IMG/VR virus record: IMGVR_UViG_3300010334_000023
Location: 124,001 to 188,000 of that record
Length of the DNA stretch: 64,000 nucleotides
Strand: one strand, 5' to 3'
Part shown: one piece after another, positions 9,964 to 22,300 of the stretch
How the letters are laid out: every line of letters starts with the position of its first letter
Position numbering within the stretch: position 1 is the stretch's first letter
The notes under the pieces: model-generated
Told to the model about the DNA's origin: nothing
The model's input: the letters and a program-made list of their open reading frames with translations, nothing else
Database searches by the model: none
Translations under genes and position numbers: made by a program

Positions 9964-12900
9964 ATGGCAGTTAGTCAACAACAACGTCAGAAGCAGCTGT
10001 TTGCTGCCGAAGACTGGCAGGTCATCTATCAGGCCTTTACGCAGGTAAACTTCAACGCCTATGATTTTCCAACCATACGCAATGCCATGGTGGAATACAT
10101 TCGCCTCAACTATCCAGAGGATTTCAACGATTGGACTGAAAGCAGCGAGTTTGTTGCCATCATTGACCTGCTGGCCTATCTGGGGCAGAGCTTAGCGTTC
10201 AGGATGGATCTCAACACTCGCGAGAACTTCTTGGACACGGCACAGCGCAGGAGCAGCATATTCCGCCTTGCACGCCAACTTAACTATCAGCCGCAGCGCA
10301 GCATACCCAGTGCTGGACTGCTCAAGATCAACCAGATAGTCAGCAACCAAGACATCTACGATGCCAATGGTATTGATCTCAAGAACACGCCTATTAACTG
10401 GAATGATCCAAATAACCCAGATTGGCAGGAACAGTTCATACTGGTGTTGAACGCTGCGCTCAATAGCACCAACTACTTTGGTAATCCTGCTAAGAGCGGC
10501 ACAGTTGGTACCATACCCACTGAGCTATATGCGCTCAACAACACTGCTATACCCACCAGCGTGATAGGATTCACGTCTGTGGTTGGGGGCAATAGCATGA
10601 ACTTTGAGCTAGCCAATCCAGACTTTAATGCAGCCAGCGGGGGTAATGCCACAGTGCTAGGTACCACTGGCTATTTCTTTGAACGTGATCCTAATCCAGT
10701 AAACAGCTGGTACATCATCTATCAGAACGATGGCAACGGCTATGACAGCAACAACACAGGTTTCTTCTTGTTCTTCAAGCAGGGAACCATGGGCTATTCT
10801 GATTATCTACTAGAGCTTCCCATTGCTAACAGGGTCATAGATGTCAACATTGACGGGGTCAACCAAACAGACGTCTGGGTACAGAACATCAATACCGCAG
10901 GCCTAGTTACCACTCAATGGACAGCTGTTCCTAACGTCAACGGTTTCAACGTTATCTATAACAGCTTAGACAGCAACATACGCAATATCTACAGCGTTAT
11001 CACGCGCGACAACAATGGTGCTGATCAGATCAGCCTGCGATTCGCAGATGGCAACTTTGGTAATGTGCCAGTTGGACTATTGCGAGTTTGGTACCGGGTA
11101 AGCAACGGTCTCCAGTATCAGATCCGTCCCACAGACATGACCAACCTAAAGTTCAACTTTAGCTACAACGACAACCTTTTCAACACCTACAGCGTGGCAT
11201 TCAACACCAACCTGCAGTACACGGTAGCTAACAGCCAGACTACCCAGAGCAACCAGCAGATACAGCTGGCTGCTGAGCAGGTGTATTACACGCAAGATCG
11301 CATGGTCAACGGCGAGGACTACAATCTGTTCCCGCTACAGAGCAGCCAGGCGCTCAAGGTCAAGGCCATCAACAGGGTATACAGTGGACAGAGCCGTTAC
11401 TTAGACATAAATGATCCAACAGGTACCTACCAGAACATCAATGTGTTTGCCACGGATGGGATACTCTACGAAGAGACCGAGCTGAATCAGCAGGAAGTGA
11501 CCATAACCGTTGGCACACCTAACCAAGTCTATGTGGTGGATAACATACAGCCTATGATAAATGGCAGCACGTTGTTCGAAGGCGACTCCATAGAGCTGCA
11601 GAACTTCTACTATGACAAGTTTGCCCGCTACACTGCGCCTGGTTTGTATTGGAATCTAACCACTGCCAACATTGGAAACAGCACCGGATCATTCCAGATA
11701 GGTGGTCAGGCACAGCGCCTAGGCCAAGATGCAGCCGCAGGCAGCGGTGAGCAATACATAGCATCTGGTAGTTTGGTCAAGTTGGTCAATGGTTCAAATG
11801 TTGGATCTTGGACCAGCGTTGTCAGTGTGATAGGTGATGGAACTGGGCTTAACAACTCTGGCGTGTTAGCTAACGGTCTTGGTGCGGTGACCTTGAGCAG
11901 CGTGCCAGATCAGTATAGCACTGTAACCAGCATCTGCGCCCCATGGACTACCACGTTTACTTCAGCTGAGATATCAGCTATCACGGCAGCCATGAACGCT
12001 ACACAGACCTTTGGCATAGGTTACAATCAACAGACAGAAACTTGGTATGTGATAGATAACGACAATTTGGCCACAGGAACTGCCTTTAGCCAGACATACT
12101 CGCAGGATCAAACTGGTACCAATCGAGACAGCAGCTGGCTGATCAGGGTGCTCTATAATACCAACAGCTGGATAATACAGACCAGAGCGCAGCGATACGT
12201 GTTTGAAAGCGTAGATGAAGTGAGGTTCTTCTTCAGCAACAGCGGTAAGACCATTGACAGTGCCACGGGCCAGATTCTCTATGACAGCGTGACCGTGCTG
12301 GGTGTGAATCCAGCACCGCTGCCTCCGTCACCTCCGCCTCCTCTGGGCATAGACTATCGTTGGCAGATATATGGACAAGAGATCTATCCAGACGGGTATG
12401 CGGATCCTGCTAGCGTGCGAGTGACGTTTTGGAGCACTCAGGATCAGCCATTGCCAAACGATCCAGATCAGTTCGTGGCCATAGTAAAACCAACTGAAAC
12501 TCCTCCGCAGAAATTCGTGTTCTGGGTGCGTTATACCAGCGCTGAAGGCTATCAATACTATCAACCGATTGACATACCGCAGACACGCATCTATAGCGTG
12601 CCCAGTGCTGTTCCTGTGCCTCCTGCTGGTAATTGGCACGAAGGTGAGCTTGCTTATATCATAAGCACCAGTGCCTTCCTGCAGTATGTGAACGGTGTTC
12701 TTATCACAGTGACTGGAGACTACAAGGTACGCCTAGGCCGTAACAACATCAGCTATCTGTGGAAGCACTATGCTACCTATCAGCAGCGCATCAATCCCGC
12801 TATAATGAACATCATTGACATATTCATACTCACTACCACATATAACCAAGACCTGCGTAACTGGATAGCCACTGGCGGCAACTCGTACACTAAGCCACAG

Positions 12901-13368
12901 CCGCCTAGTGTTGAAACTCTCAACAGCACATTTGCTTACTTTGAACAGTTCAAGATGATGACTGATCAGATAGTTTGGCATCCTGTGACCTACAAGCTGC
13001 TATTTGGCGCACAGGCTCAGCCAGAATATCAGGTGCTGTTCAAGGTAGTCAAGGTGCCAGGGACCAGCTATAGCGACAACGAAGTAAAGAGCTTGGTCAA
13101 GAGCCAGATAGACACGTATTTCAGCCTCAGCAACTGGGATTTTGGTCAGAGCTTCTTCTTCACCGAGATGGCCACCTTCATACAGATGAATCTGGCTACC
13201 ATCGTGGCAACCATAGTAATGGTACCAACTAGCGGCTCTGCGAGATTTGGTGACTTGTTTGAGATAATTGCTGATCCTGATGAGATCTTCATCAGCTGTG
13301 CTACAGTTCAGAACATCGTTATAGTTGGTAGCCTCACAGAGGCACAGCTGGGGATAACCAATGGTTGA
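9964..13368 (+). CDS. Baseplate wedge subunit, gp6-like
   Basis: DFPTIRNAMVEY...ENFLDTAQRRSSIFRLARQLNY, LRFADGNFGNVP and QDRMVNGEDY motifs of the gp6/baseplate J family. Confidence 0.85.
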   Translation: MAVSQQQRQKQLFAAEDWQVIYQAFTQVNFNAYDFPTIRNAMVEYIRLNYPEDFNDWTESSEFVAIIDLLAYLGQSLAFRMDLNTRENFLDTAQRRSSIFRLARQLNYQPQRSIPSAGLLKINQIVSNQDIYDANGIDLKNTPINWNDPNNPDWQEQFILVLNAALNSTNYFGNPAKSGTVGTIPTELYALNNTAIPTSVIGFTSVVGGNSMNFELANPDFNAASGGNATVLGTTGYFFERDPNPVNSWYIIYQNDGNGYDSNNTGFFLFFKQGTMGYSDYLLELPIANRVIDVNIDGVNQTDVWVQNINTAGLVTTQWTAVPNVNGFNVIYNSLDSNIRNIYSVITRDNNGADQISLRFADGNFGNVPVGLLRVWYRVSNGLQYQIRPTDMTNLKFNFSYNDNLFNTYSVAFNTNLQYTVANSQTTQSNQQIQLAAEQVYYTQDRMVNGEDYNLFPLQSSQALKVKAINRVYSGQSRYLDINDPTGTYQNINVFATDGILYEETELNQQEVTITVGTPNQVYVVDNIQPMINGSTLFEGDSIELQNFYYDKFARYTAPGLYWNLTTANIGNSTGSFQIGGQAQRLGQDAAAGSGEQYIASGSLVKLVNGSNVGSWTSVVSVIGDGTGLNNSGVLANGLGAVTLSSVPDQYSTVTSICAPWTTTFTSAEISAITAAMNATQTFGIGYNQQTETWYVIDNDNLATGTAFSQTYSQDQTGTNRDSSWLIRVLYNTNSWIIQTRAQRYVFESVDEVRFFFSNSGKTIDSATGQILYDSVTVLGVNPAPLPPSPPPPLGIDYRWQIYGQEIYPDGYADPASVRVTFWSTQDQPLPNDPDQFVAIVKPTETPPQKFVFWVRYTSAEGYQYYQPIDIPQTRIYSVPSAVPVPPAGNWHEGELAYIISTSAFLQYVNGVLITVTGDYKVRLGRNNISYLWKHYATYQQRINPAIMNIIDIFILTTTYNQDLRNWIATGGNSYTKPQPPSVETLNSTFAYFEQFKMMTDQIVWHPVTYKLLFGAQAQPEYQVLFKVVKVPGTSYSDNEVKSLVKSQIDTYFSLSNWDFGQSFFFTEMATFIQMNLATIVATIVMVPTSGSARFGDLFEIIADPDEIFISCATVQNIVIVGSLTEAQLGITNG

Positions 13369-16300
13369 GAAACGTCGTGTAATATCGCTGCTGCCAGCTG
13401 TAAACCAGACTGACACGCTGACCAAGTTTTTCTCAGCTACGGTTGATCATCTGTTTCAGCCAGAAAGCGTGGAATTCCTCAGCGGCTACATAGGCAGCAA
13501 GCCTCCATATTACAATGCGAAAACTGATTTCTATGTGGGTGAACCTACCAAGAGCAGGCAGGATTATCAGCTACCTGTATCAGCTATCAGCGCCAACACC
13601 TATAGCGGCAAGGTCACTAACATCATGTTCTATCATGATTTCGTGAATAGCCTGCTGTTTCAAGGAGCTGTGACAGCTAACCAGACCAGATTGTTTGAGC
13701 AGGTATACTACAGTTGGTCGCCACCAATTGATCCTGACAAGCTGATCAATTTCACCAAATATTACTGGGTACCAGTTGGCCCTGCTCCGATCTTGTTGCT
13801 CAATCCAACAAACCTAAGACAGGATGCTGTGGGCAAACCTCACTACACCTATCAGGGTGCTTACCAACTTACGGGAACTAGCGAGATCAAGGTTGGTAGT
13901 TTGGTATTCTCGACTGGTTTGGTAGTCACTCCCACTTCAGACGCCACAGGAAGCATCAATGGCACCGCATACATAATCAACAATGTTGGTCGCAGTATAC
14001 AGCTTCTAACCCTTGATGGATTTGTTGACCCAAACTGGGACACGCGAGGCTGGGATACTCAGGGCTGGGACGGTGATGCTAGCATCTATGTCAAGGACTA
14101 CACCACCATTGGTCGTGGGCCAAATCCCAGCAACCAATGGAGCATCAATAATCGCTGGTTCCATGAAGACGTGTTGTTGGTCAGCGGTACCGGAACATTC
14201 CCACCCTATCAGACCAGAGCTGCGCGACCAATCATCGAATTTGATTACGATCTACAGCTTTACAACAGCGGCAACAGAGGGCGTCCAAGCGTAACGCTGA
14301 TTGCCAGTGACATCGCAGACGTGATGGGAACCATAGTTGGTCAGACCAGCTATACCATAAACGGTCTGGAACTCAGAGACGGATACACATTGCTGGTAAC
14401 CGGTGATGCTGATCCATTGGTGAATAACAGAGTATACCAAGTTGGTGGTTTATCTACGTTGGGCGTGATAACGCTCACGCAGGTTGGCGGAGCACCGGCT
14501 TATGGTGATGCTATATTGGTGAGATATGGAACTGTTGCTGCCACACAGACCATAAGCTACACTGCCCCTGTTCAATATTGGTACGATGGCACCGCATGGA
14601 AGAGGGCACAGCAGCGTGTGCCTTCTGTTGCTCCTTTGTTCAATCTCTATGATCAGTATGGCAATGCTCTAGATGATCCTAGCGTCTATTCCAGCAGCAC
14701 CTTTGCCGGTAACAGCATATTCACTTATGCCTTGGACCAGTATGCTGTGATTGATACAGAGCTAGGAATTCAGATCAAGCTAGATCAATTTGGTGATTAT
14801 GTTTTCAACAACACATTGGTCACTGACACTTACACATATGTCAGCGATGGCAGCGTGGTAGCTATACCTGGTTTCGCCTACTATCGCAACAATGCTAGTG
14901 TTGCCCAATACAACAATGCTTGGTACAGATCTCCAGTGCCTAGCAGGCAGTATATAGTCAATGATTTCACGGTTAATCTACCCACGGCTCAGTTCACCAT
15001 AGACCAGGTTCCAGATCCGCATCCTGGTCCTCTGCCTAGCATTTATGTCTATCTGATCTACGGTGGTAGCAGCCACCTGTTGGTCAACGATGTAGATTAC
15101 ACAGTATCAGCCAACGTGGTTACCCTCACGGTGCCTGCGCTATCAGGACAGCGAGTGCTGGTACGAAGCTGGAATGGCACAGCCGCTCCAATAAACACTG
15201 TTGGTTACTATGAGCTACCTCTGAATCTCACAGCTAACCCTGACAATGAACAGGTAGGCAACGTAGGCTATAGTCAATTTCTGCAGCAGTTTAGCAGCAT
15301 CATAGGTAACCAGCCAGGTTTAATTGGAAATGCACTTGGCAACAACAATTGGCGCGATACCAGCAAGATCCGAGGACTTGGACTGAGCATACTGCAGCAC
15401 AAAGCTCCTATGATCAAACCAATGATACTGAGCAGTGGTAATATCACTGTTGGTATCAATACCGTGATGAACCACACCGAGCCAATGCAGGCCATGCAGT
15501 ACGCTCAGAACCAATATGTGAGATTCTACAATCGCTTCATTCAGAGCCTGTATACGCTGAGCGCCAATGGCTTCACTGCCAATCAACAGCCGAGCGAATG
15601 GGTTAGCGCTGCGCTGAGACAGATCAATCTAGGCAAGACACCTGCTAGCCCATGGGCTAACAGTGGACCAGATGGTCCAAAGGCAGGTTACACCTATCTA
15701 CGCAGCACAGCTCCTACCTGGGTGCCACCAACTGGTACTAGATTAGGAATCACCAAGGCCTATATTCCTACTGTGTACATACAGGGCCTAGACCTATGGA
15801 TACAGTGCCACGATGGTGCACGATTTGTGATGGCCAAGGACGGCCTGCCCCTGGGCAGCATCAGCTATGGTTTAACCAGCACCAGCGACCCACTGCTTCT
15901 CACTGATCCTGTAGCAGGCGCTTGGCTACAGTTTGAGCTTGACCTATTCAACAACATGCCTGATGCCTACAGCGATTCGCAGGCTATCATGGCTTTTGAT
16001 ATCACAGCCTATACACCAGGTAGATGGCGACAGGGCAACTACACCCGCAGCGAATTCCTGCAGGTCACTTATCCTATATTTGATCGCTGGGTGATAACCT
16101 ATCAGGCAGATTATCGAGCTAACACCACTTATGACGTCAACGATCCATTCACTTGGAACTACAGCAATCTGCGCGACAGCGACGGCGGGTTAGTCCCAGG
16201 CTACTGGCAGGGCATCTATCGTTGGTACTATGACACCGATCGGCCTCATCTAGCACCCTGGGAAATGCTGGGATTCAGCCAGCAACCACCTTGGTGGACA

Positions 16301-19300
16301 GAAGAATACGGTCCAGCACCCTATACGCGCGGCAACACCTACATGTGGAGCGACCTAGCTGCTGGTCGTATCAGGCAAGGACCACGTGCTGGCATATATC
16401 TGCCAGGAGTGCGTCCCGGACTGCTATCCTGTATCCCGGTAGACGCACAGGGCAAGCTGCTGCCTCCCACAGAAGCTGGCTGCGTGGTTGGACTTCCCAG
16501 CGTTGCCCAGGCCGCGGCACCATGGGTATATGGTGATGGGTCGCCAGTTGAAAGCGTGTGGATCTACAGCAACGAATACACGTTTGTGACTGCTCAGTAC
16601 AGCTATCTCATGAAGCCAGCTCAATTCATAGAATACAACTGGGACACGCTGCGACAGCAGACTGTTTTTGCTGACCAACCAACTGCCCAGACGATCTACA
16701 TAGACACTGATAATCGCAGGCCCAACAATCAGCTGTATGTGCATCGCGAGAATCCCAGTGCCATAGGCGGCAACCTCAACATTCCAAACGAAAGCACTCT
16801 AAGCTATTATGGTAGCGGAGGCGTCCAGCATTGGATCACTGAGTATATCGTTGGGCAGAATCTCAACGTCACTCAGTATTTTGGTAGCATAGTCAGAGGT
16901 ACGGTAGCGCAACTGGCCCATCAAGCTGGTGGTTTCGTGACCAGCAACCTTTATCTCACAGTAGATAGCTTTGGTCAGATAGGCTATACCAGCCAGATCA
17001 TACCAAGCGAAAATGTTAAGACCTATCTCTACAAGAGCGCTAGCATCAGAGAGAGCTACTATTCTGGCGTGATCCTAACGCAGGTCAAGGATGGATGGCG
17101 TGTGGTTGGGTATGATGCTATAGATCAGTTCTTTACCATCATACCAAGCAACAAGTATGGATCCAAGACAACCATCGTGGTTGGCAATGACAGGGTCTAT
17201 TGGTACAAGGTTGGCGTCACGGCAGCGCAGCAGATATCATATGGAACTGTGTTCAACACCAAACAAGAAGTTTTTGACTTCTTGATAAGCCTTCAGCGCT
17301 ACCAAGAGTTCCAGGGTTTCATGTTTGATCAGTACAACAGCGATGGCAACACCACGCTGGATTGGCTGCAGGCAGGCAGAGAATTCTTGCTATGGAGCCA
17401 AGGCAACTGGGCAAATGGCAACTTCATAGCACTGAGCCCTCTGGCTATACAAGTCAAATACGTGCAGCCTTTTGGCACGGTACAGTTCGTGAATGGTGTG
17501 GTGGGCGGCACGTACCCCGTGATAGACAAGCTTGGTCAGAGGATAGATGGCCAAAATCTCGAGGTTTTGCGCTATGATGATACCATAACCATTACAGCCA
17601 CGGGTATGCAGAACATATATGGCATGCGGCTGTTCGCAAATACATTGGAAAGTGTGCTGGTCTTAGACAATCGCACCAGCTTTGACGACACTGTATATGA
17701 TCCTCTTTACAATCTCTATCAACCAAGGCTTCGGCTCTATGCCTACAGGACCAACGACTGGGACGGCAGGGTTGACGCACCAGGGTTCTTCTTGTACCAA
17801 GCTGGTGCTGATAACCAATGGACTTTGGTGACTAACTTTGAAAAGACTGCCAATGATTTCACCAAGTACTTCAACATTGACCAGCCAAAGAATCACGAGA
17901 CCATAGATCCCGTGACCGGCAATGCTGTGATAGTGAGCACAGAGCTGGCTGCTGTGGATAACCAAGTGATATCGGATCTCAGCAAGCATCAGATAGGCTA
18001 TCAGCACAGGCCATATCTGGCCAATCTGTTGCTGGAAGAAAGCACAGAATTCCAGTTCTATCAAGGTTTCATCAAGCAGAAAGGCACGCTGAAAGCCTTT
18101 GATGCCATCCTCAGAAACCAAGCCATAGTTCCTCCGGGTAGCCACTACGATTACTACGAAGAATATGCCCTACGTACCAGCAGGTTTGGTAGCACAGCTA
18201 TCAACACAGGCATAGATTTCATAGTGCCACAGAACCAGTACATCAATGACCCGCAACAGATACAGGTGTTTGGTCTTCAAAACAATGATCGCGAGTATAA
18301 CGGCATAATCACTCTGATACCTCACGATCCATTGATACTGGTACCGCCGATCAGCTACAGCAGCGAGAATGATCCACTGTTTCCGCTGCGCACTACTACT
18401 GTGCCGAATTACACCACCGACCTACCTACAGCTGGCTATGTGCTAATAGGAGAGACCACGTTTACGGCTGCCAATACTGCCGTGCTTAGCACGTTCTGGG
18501 AGACCCAGAACATCGCAGGTAATCCAATAGTGAATGGCGACACTGTTTGGCAGTTCATAGACAATAAGCAGACTTGGAACGTTTGGAAATTCAGCACTGC
18601 CAATGTAAACATAGTAAACACCACTCCTAGCATAGTAACAGGCCAACCCACAGTTATCAACTGCAGCGGTAACGTTGGGCTCAAGACTGGCGATCTCGTG
18701 GTTCTTGATGGCATCAGCAACGTTACTGCGCTACAGGGATCGTTCTATGTTGGTAATATCGTGGGCGACGGTCGCAGCTTCACGGTACCTGTGAACACCT
18801 TCACCGTCGGCGCAGGCGGTAACATCACTGCTTATAAGAGCACTAGATTTTCAACCACGCAGCAGCGGAACCGATATCCACCGCTGAATGGTTGGCAACC
18901 AGGTGACATCAGCTATGTTGATGTGACCGACTATGGTATCAACGGTTGGACGGTGTATCAGTATCTAAACAACAGTTGGATAGCAATACGTGCTGAAACC
19001 TATGACGTTGATGCTAGCCTCATGCTACAGGCTAAACTGTACAGCGAGAGCCAGGGCACGGTATACACCTATCCAGAATACTATGATCCAGCCAAGGGAT
19101 TCATACCAAGTGAAGCTCGAAAGAATCTGGATCGCATCAGCATGTATGACCCGGCCAGCTATAACACTGGTAACGTGGACATCATTAATCTAGATCCAAT
19201 GCGAGCCTGGGGTCCAGAACACATCGGTGAAACATGGTGGAATCTCAGCAGCGTTCGTTACTTAGATTATGAGATCAGCAGCAATGCCTATCGTTGGCAG

Positions 19301-22300
19301 AACTGGGGCAAGATAGCACCTGGAACCAGCGTGGATGTTTATGAATGGGTACAGAGTCCTGTGTCTCCAGACATGTGGGCATCCTACGTGGCCAACCAGC
19401 AGGATTTCACGCAGTTTGGCATCAACTATACTCCCACAGGCACGGTATACAACAGCAGCGATCCTGCCTATACGCAGGTCACTGCTTATAATGCCAACGG
19501 CGTGTCGCAGTCGCTGTATTATTTCTGGGTAGCTGGTGCTATAACCCTGCCGTTGCCTGCCGGACGTAGCGTGACCACCGTTCAGATCAGCAAGCTGTTG
19601 ACCAATCCTAATGCCTATGGCCTACCTTGGTACGCAGCAATAGACGCACGTACCATCGTAGTCAGCGGCATTGGGCGTTATCTCAGCGGCACGGACACTG
19701 TGCTGAGCTTGCTCTACACGCATAAAACGAACCAACAGATAGATTACAAGCAGTATGATCTAGTACGAGCCAAAGATCCAGACAGCATACCAGAAGACTT
19801 CTTCTGGCTCAAGCTCAAGGACAGCCTCACTGGCAAGGATGGTCAAGACGAGAACGTTCCTGATCCCTATCTCAGCGACATCATGCGTAACGGTACTTTG
19901 ATAAGGCCGCGCCAGAGTTGGTTCAAATACCGTGTCATTGCTGCTGAGACATATGTTGCCGAAGCAAATAAGCTGCTTGGTACCATACTGCTAGTGCCAG
20001 ACATCAATCGCGGTAGTTGGGTCAATTACTTCTATCGGGTACAACCGCCGCCCAGTTCTGACTATAACGTGGGCACCCTAAGCAGCATGTATGCCCTGGG
20101 AGGCACCATACCATCTGGTAGCACCATAACAGTGCTGGCTGGTCCAGATACACAGAACCTATGGAAGCAGTACCAGTATCAGTTCAATGACGGCAAGTAT
20201 CTCTATACCGAGTTGGCTGTTCAGGCCTATAATACGCCAAATTATTGGTATTATGTGGATTGGTATCTGCCAAACAGCGGAGTGACCAGCACAACGGTGG
20301 TCAATTATACCGTGCCAACTGATGCTGATCGCACAGCCTATCAAGGTGTCAACGGGCTATTGATCAAGGTGCTCAATCGAGGCGATGGTTATTGGGCAAT
20401 CTACGAATGGATTGGCACTGCTGCCACAGGCAGCTGGGTCACTGTGGGTTATCAGAATGGCACCATACAGATCAGTACCGGAGTCTATGATGGTAGCATC
20501 AACACCATGCTGTTTGGTACCACACCGTTTGACAGCACAGGATTTGACATATTCCCGCATGTGGAATTTGGCAACATCATAGATGGTCTGCGCTACGCCA
20601 TATTCAATAACCCAAATCCCGCAGTTCCCGGTGAGAGCGTTTATCTAAACCAGCTGTTCTTTGCCATGATCGATTATGTTTTGGTTGAGCAAGGTTTTGT
20701 TGATTGGCTGTTCAAGACCAGCTTCATCTATCTCAGAGGTTTCAACATACCTCTGACAACCAGCCAGTTGTATCAGCCTGATTATGGTGAGGCGCTGCTG
20801 AGCTATCTCAATGAAGTCAAGCCGTACCATGCCAAGATCAGGCAGTTCGTGAACAGTCGCTCATGGACTGACAATGCGCTGATCAGCACCACTGACTTTG
20901 ACAACCCAAGCAATGCTAGCGTGACTACCAACATCGCTTACAGCAGTGCTGCATGGGAACAGAATTATCTTACCAATCCTGAGCTGATCAGGACCCTGAA
21001 GATAAAGATGCTGTTTGATAGAGTGTCGTCTGTGGCCAGAGGCTGGGACCGAACAAGTTGGTCAAGCTATGGCTGGGATGCTACCAGCGTGCCAAGCCAA
21101 GGCGCATTCCACAGGATACAAACATATTACGCTCCAACTGCTGACATGATACGCAAGGATGATCCTGCGCTGATACCAGGAGCTGATTTCCGTGGCATCA
21201 TAATGGATGCTCTTGGCTTTACCTTCGCACCAGGATGGCAGCTTACACCCTGGGACAGCCCAACTGGCTGGGATGCCGGCGAGGATGCGTTCACTGCCTA
21301 TCACGATATATTGGTGCAGGGCGGTATCGCACCAGAATACGACAAGTATTTTGGCACTGGTAACAGGAAGGTTTTCACCCTGAGCCGCATACCTCAGGAT
21401 CCTGCACATGTGGTGGTATGGGCTGACAGCATGCTGGCGCAATACGGGGTTGATTGGGTAATACCAAATAGCGTCAGTGGCCTCCAGCTAGTGTCAGCTG
21501 GACAGGATTACCAGATCGGAGATCAGCTGTATTTGGAATTCTCACCCGTGGTTGCTCCCACGAACATAACCGTGACAGGGATAGATGACCAAGGAGGCAT
21601 AACCGCATGGACCATCAACAGCAGCGGTAGTTACGATATATTCACTGGCCAGGCCATACCGGTTGCCTATCAACCCTACAGCATGGGCGCAGGATCTGGT
21701 GCTAGCTTCTCAGCTGTATGGTCTGGTAATACCTTGGTGTTTTATACTGCGCCTAGCAGCAATGCTTCACCTAATGTATTTGTGCTCTACGTTGGCACTA
21801 CCTTCCTACCAGCACCAACTGGTCCATTGGACATTGTCAATGATGGCAACAACTTCATAGAGCCATATGTGCAGTCTGATCATCCCGAGGAACTATATAC
21901 GACCAAGCTGCCATGGGGTATGAGGATAGACACTTATCAACAGCCAGTTGGCGGATCACCTCTGATATACATGCGAATATATCAGTTGGATGGCAAGAGA
22001 GATCATTTCCCACTGGGCATCGCACCCATGGATCAATCTGCTGTGATAGCGCAGATCGATGGCAAGATGCTGACATACGGTCTTGAAAATGACTATGTGA
22101 TCAACTGGACCACTAACACCATGGTGTTCTTGGAAGCGCCAACTGGTGTTAGCCTACAGATTTTGACCATTGGTGTTGGTGGTTCAGGAACAGGCATCGT
22201 CAGTCCCAAGGTGGTATCATATGGCATCGGTTACCAGCCGGGTGATGTGGTATACCTTGCCGGCGGCGTTACGGTAAACAATGATGCTGCCAGCGTTCAG

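Noticed and set aside
2790-13368. Bacterial type VI secretion system or tailocin locus, given the VgrG- and gp25-like genes
   Set aside because: Flanked by gp46/47/55, thyX, RNase H and T4-type late promoters, so it is a phage tail module
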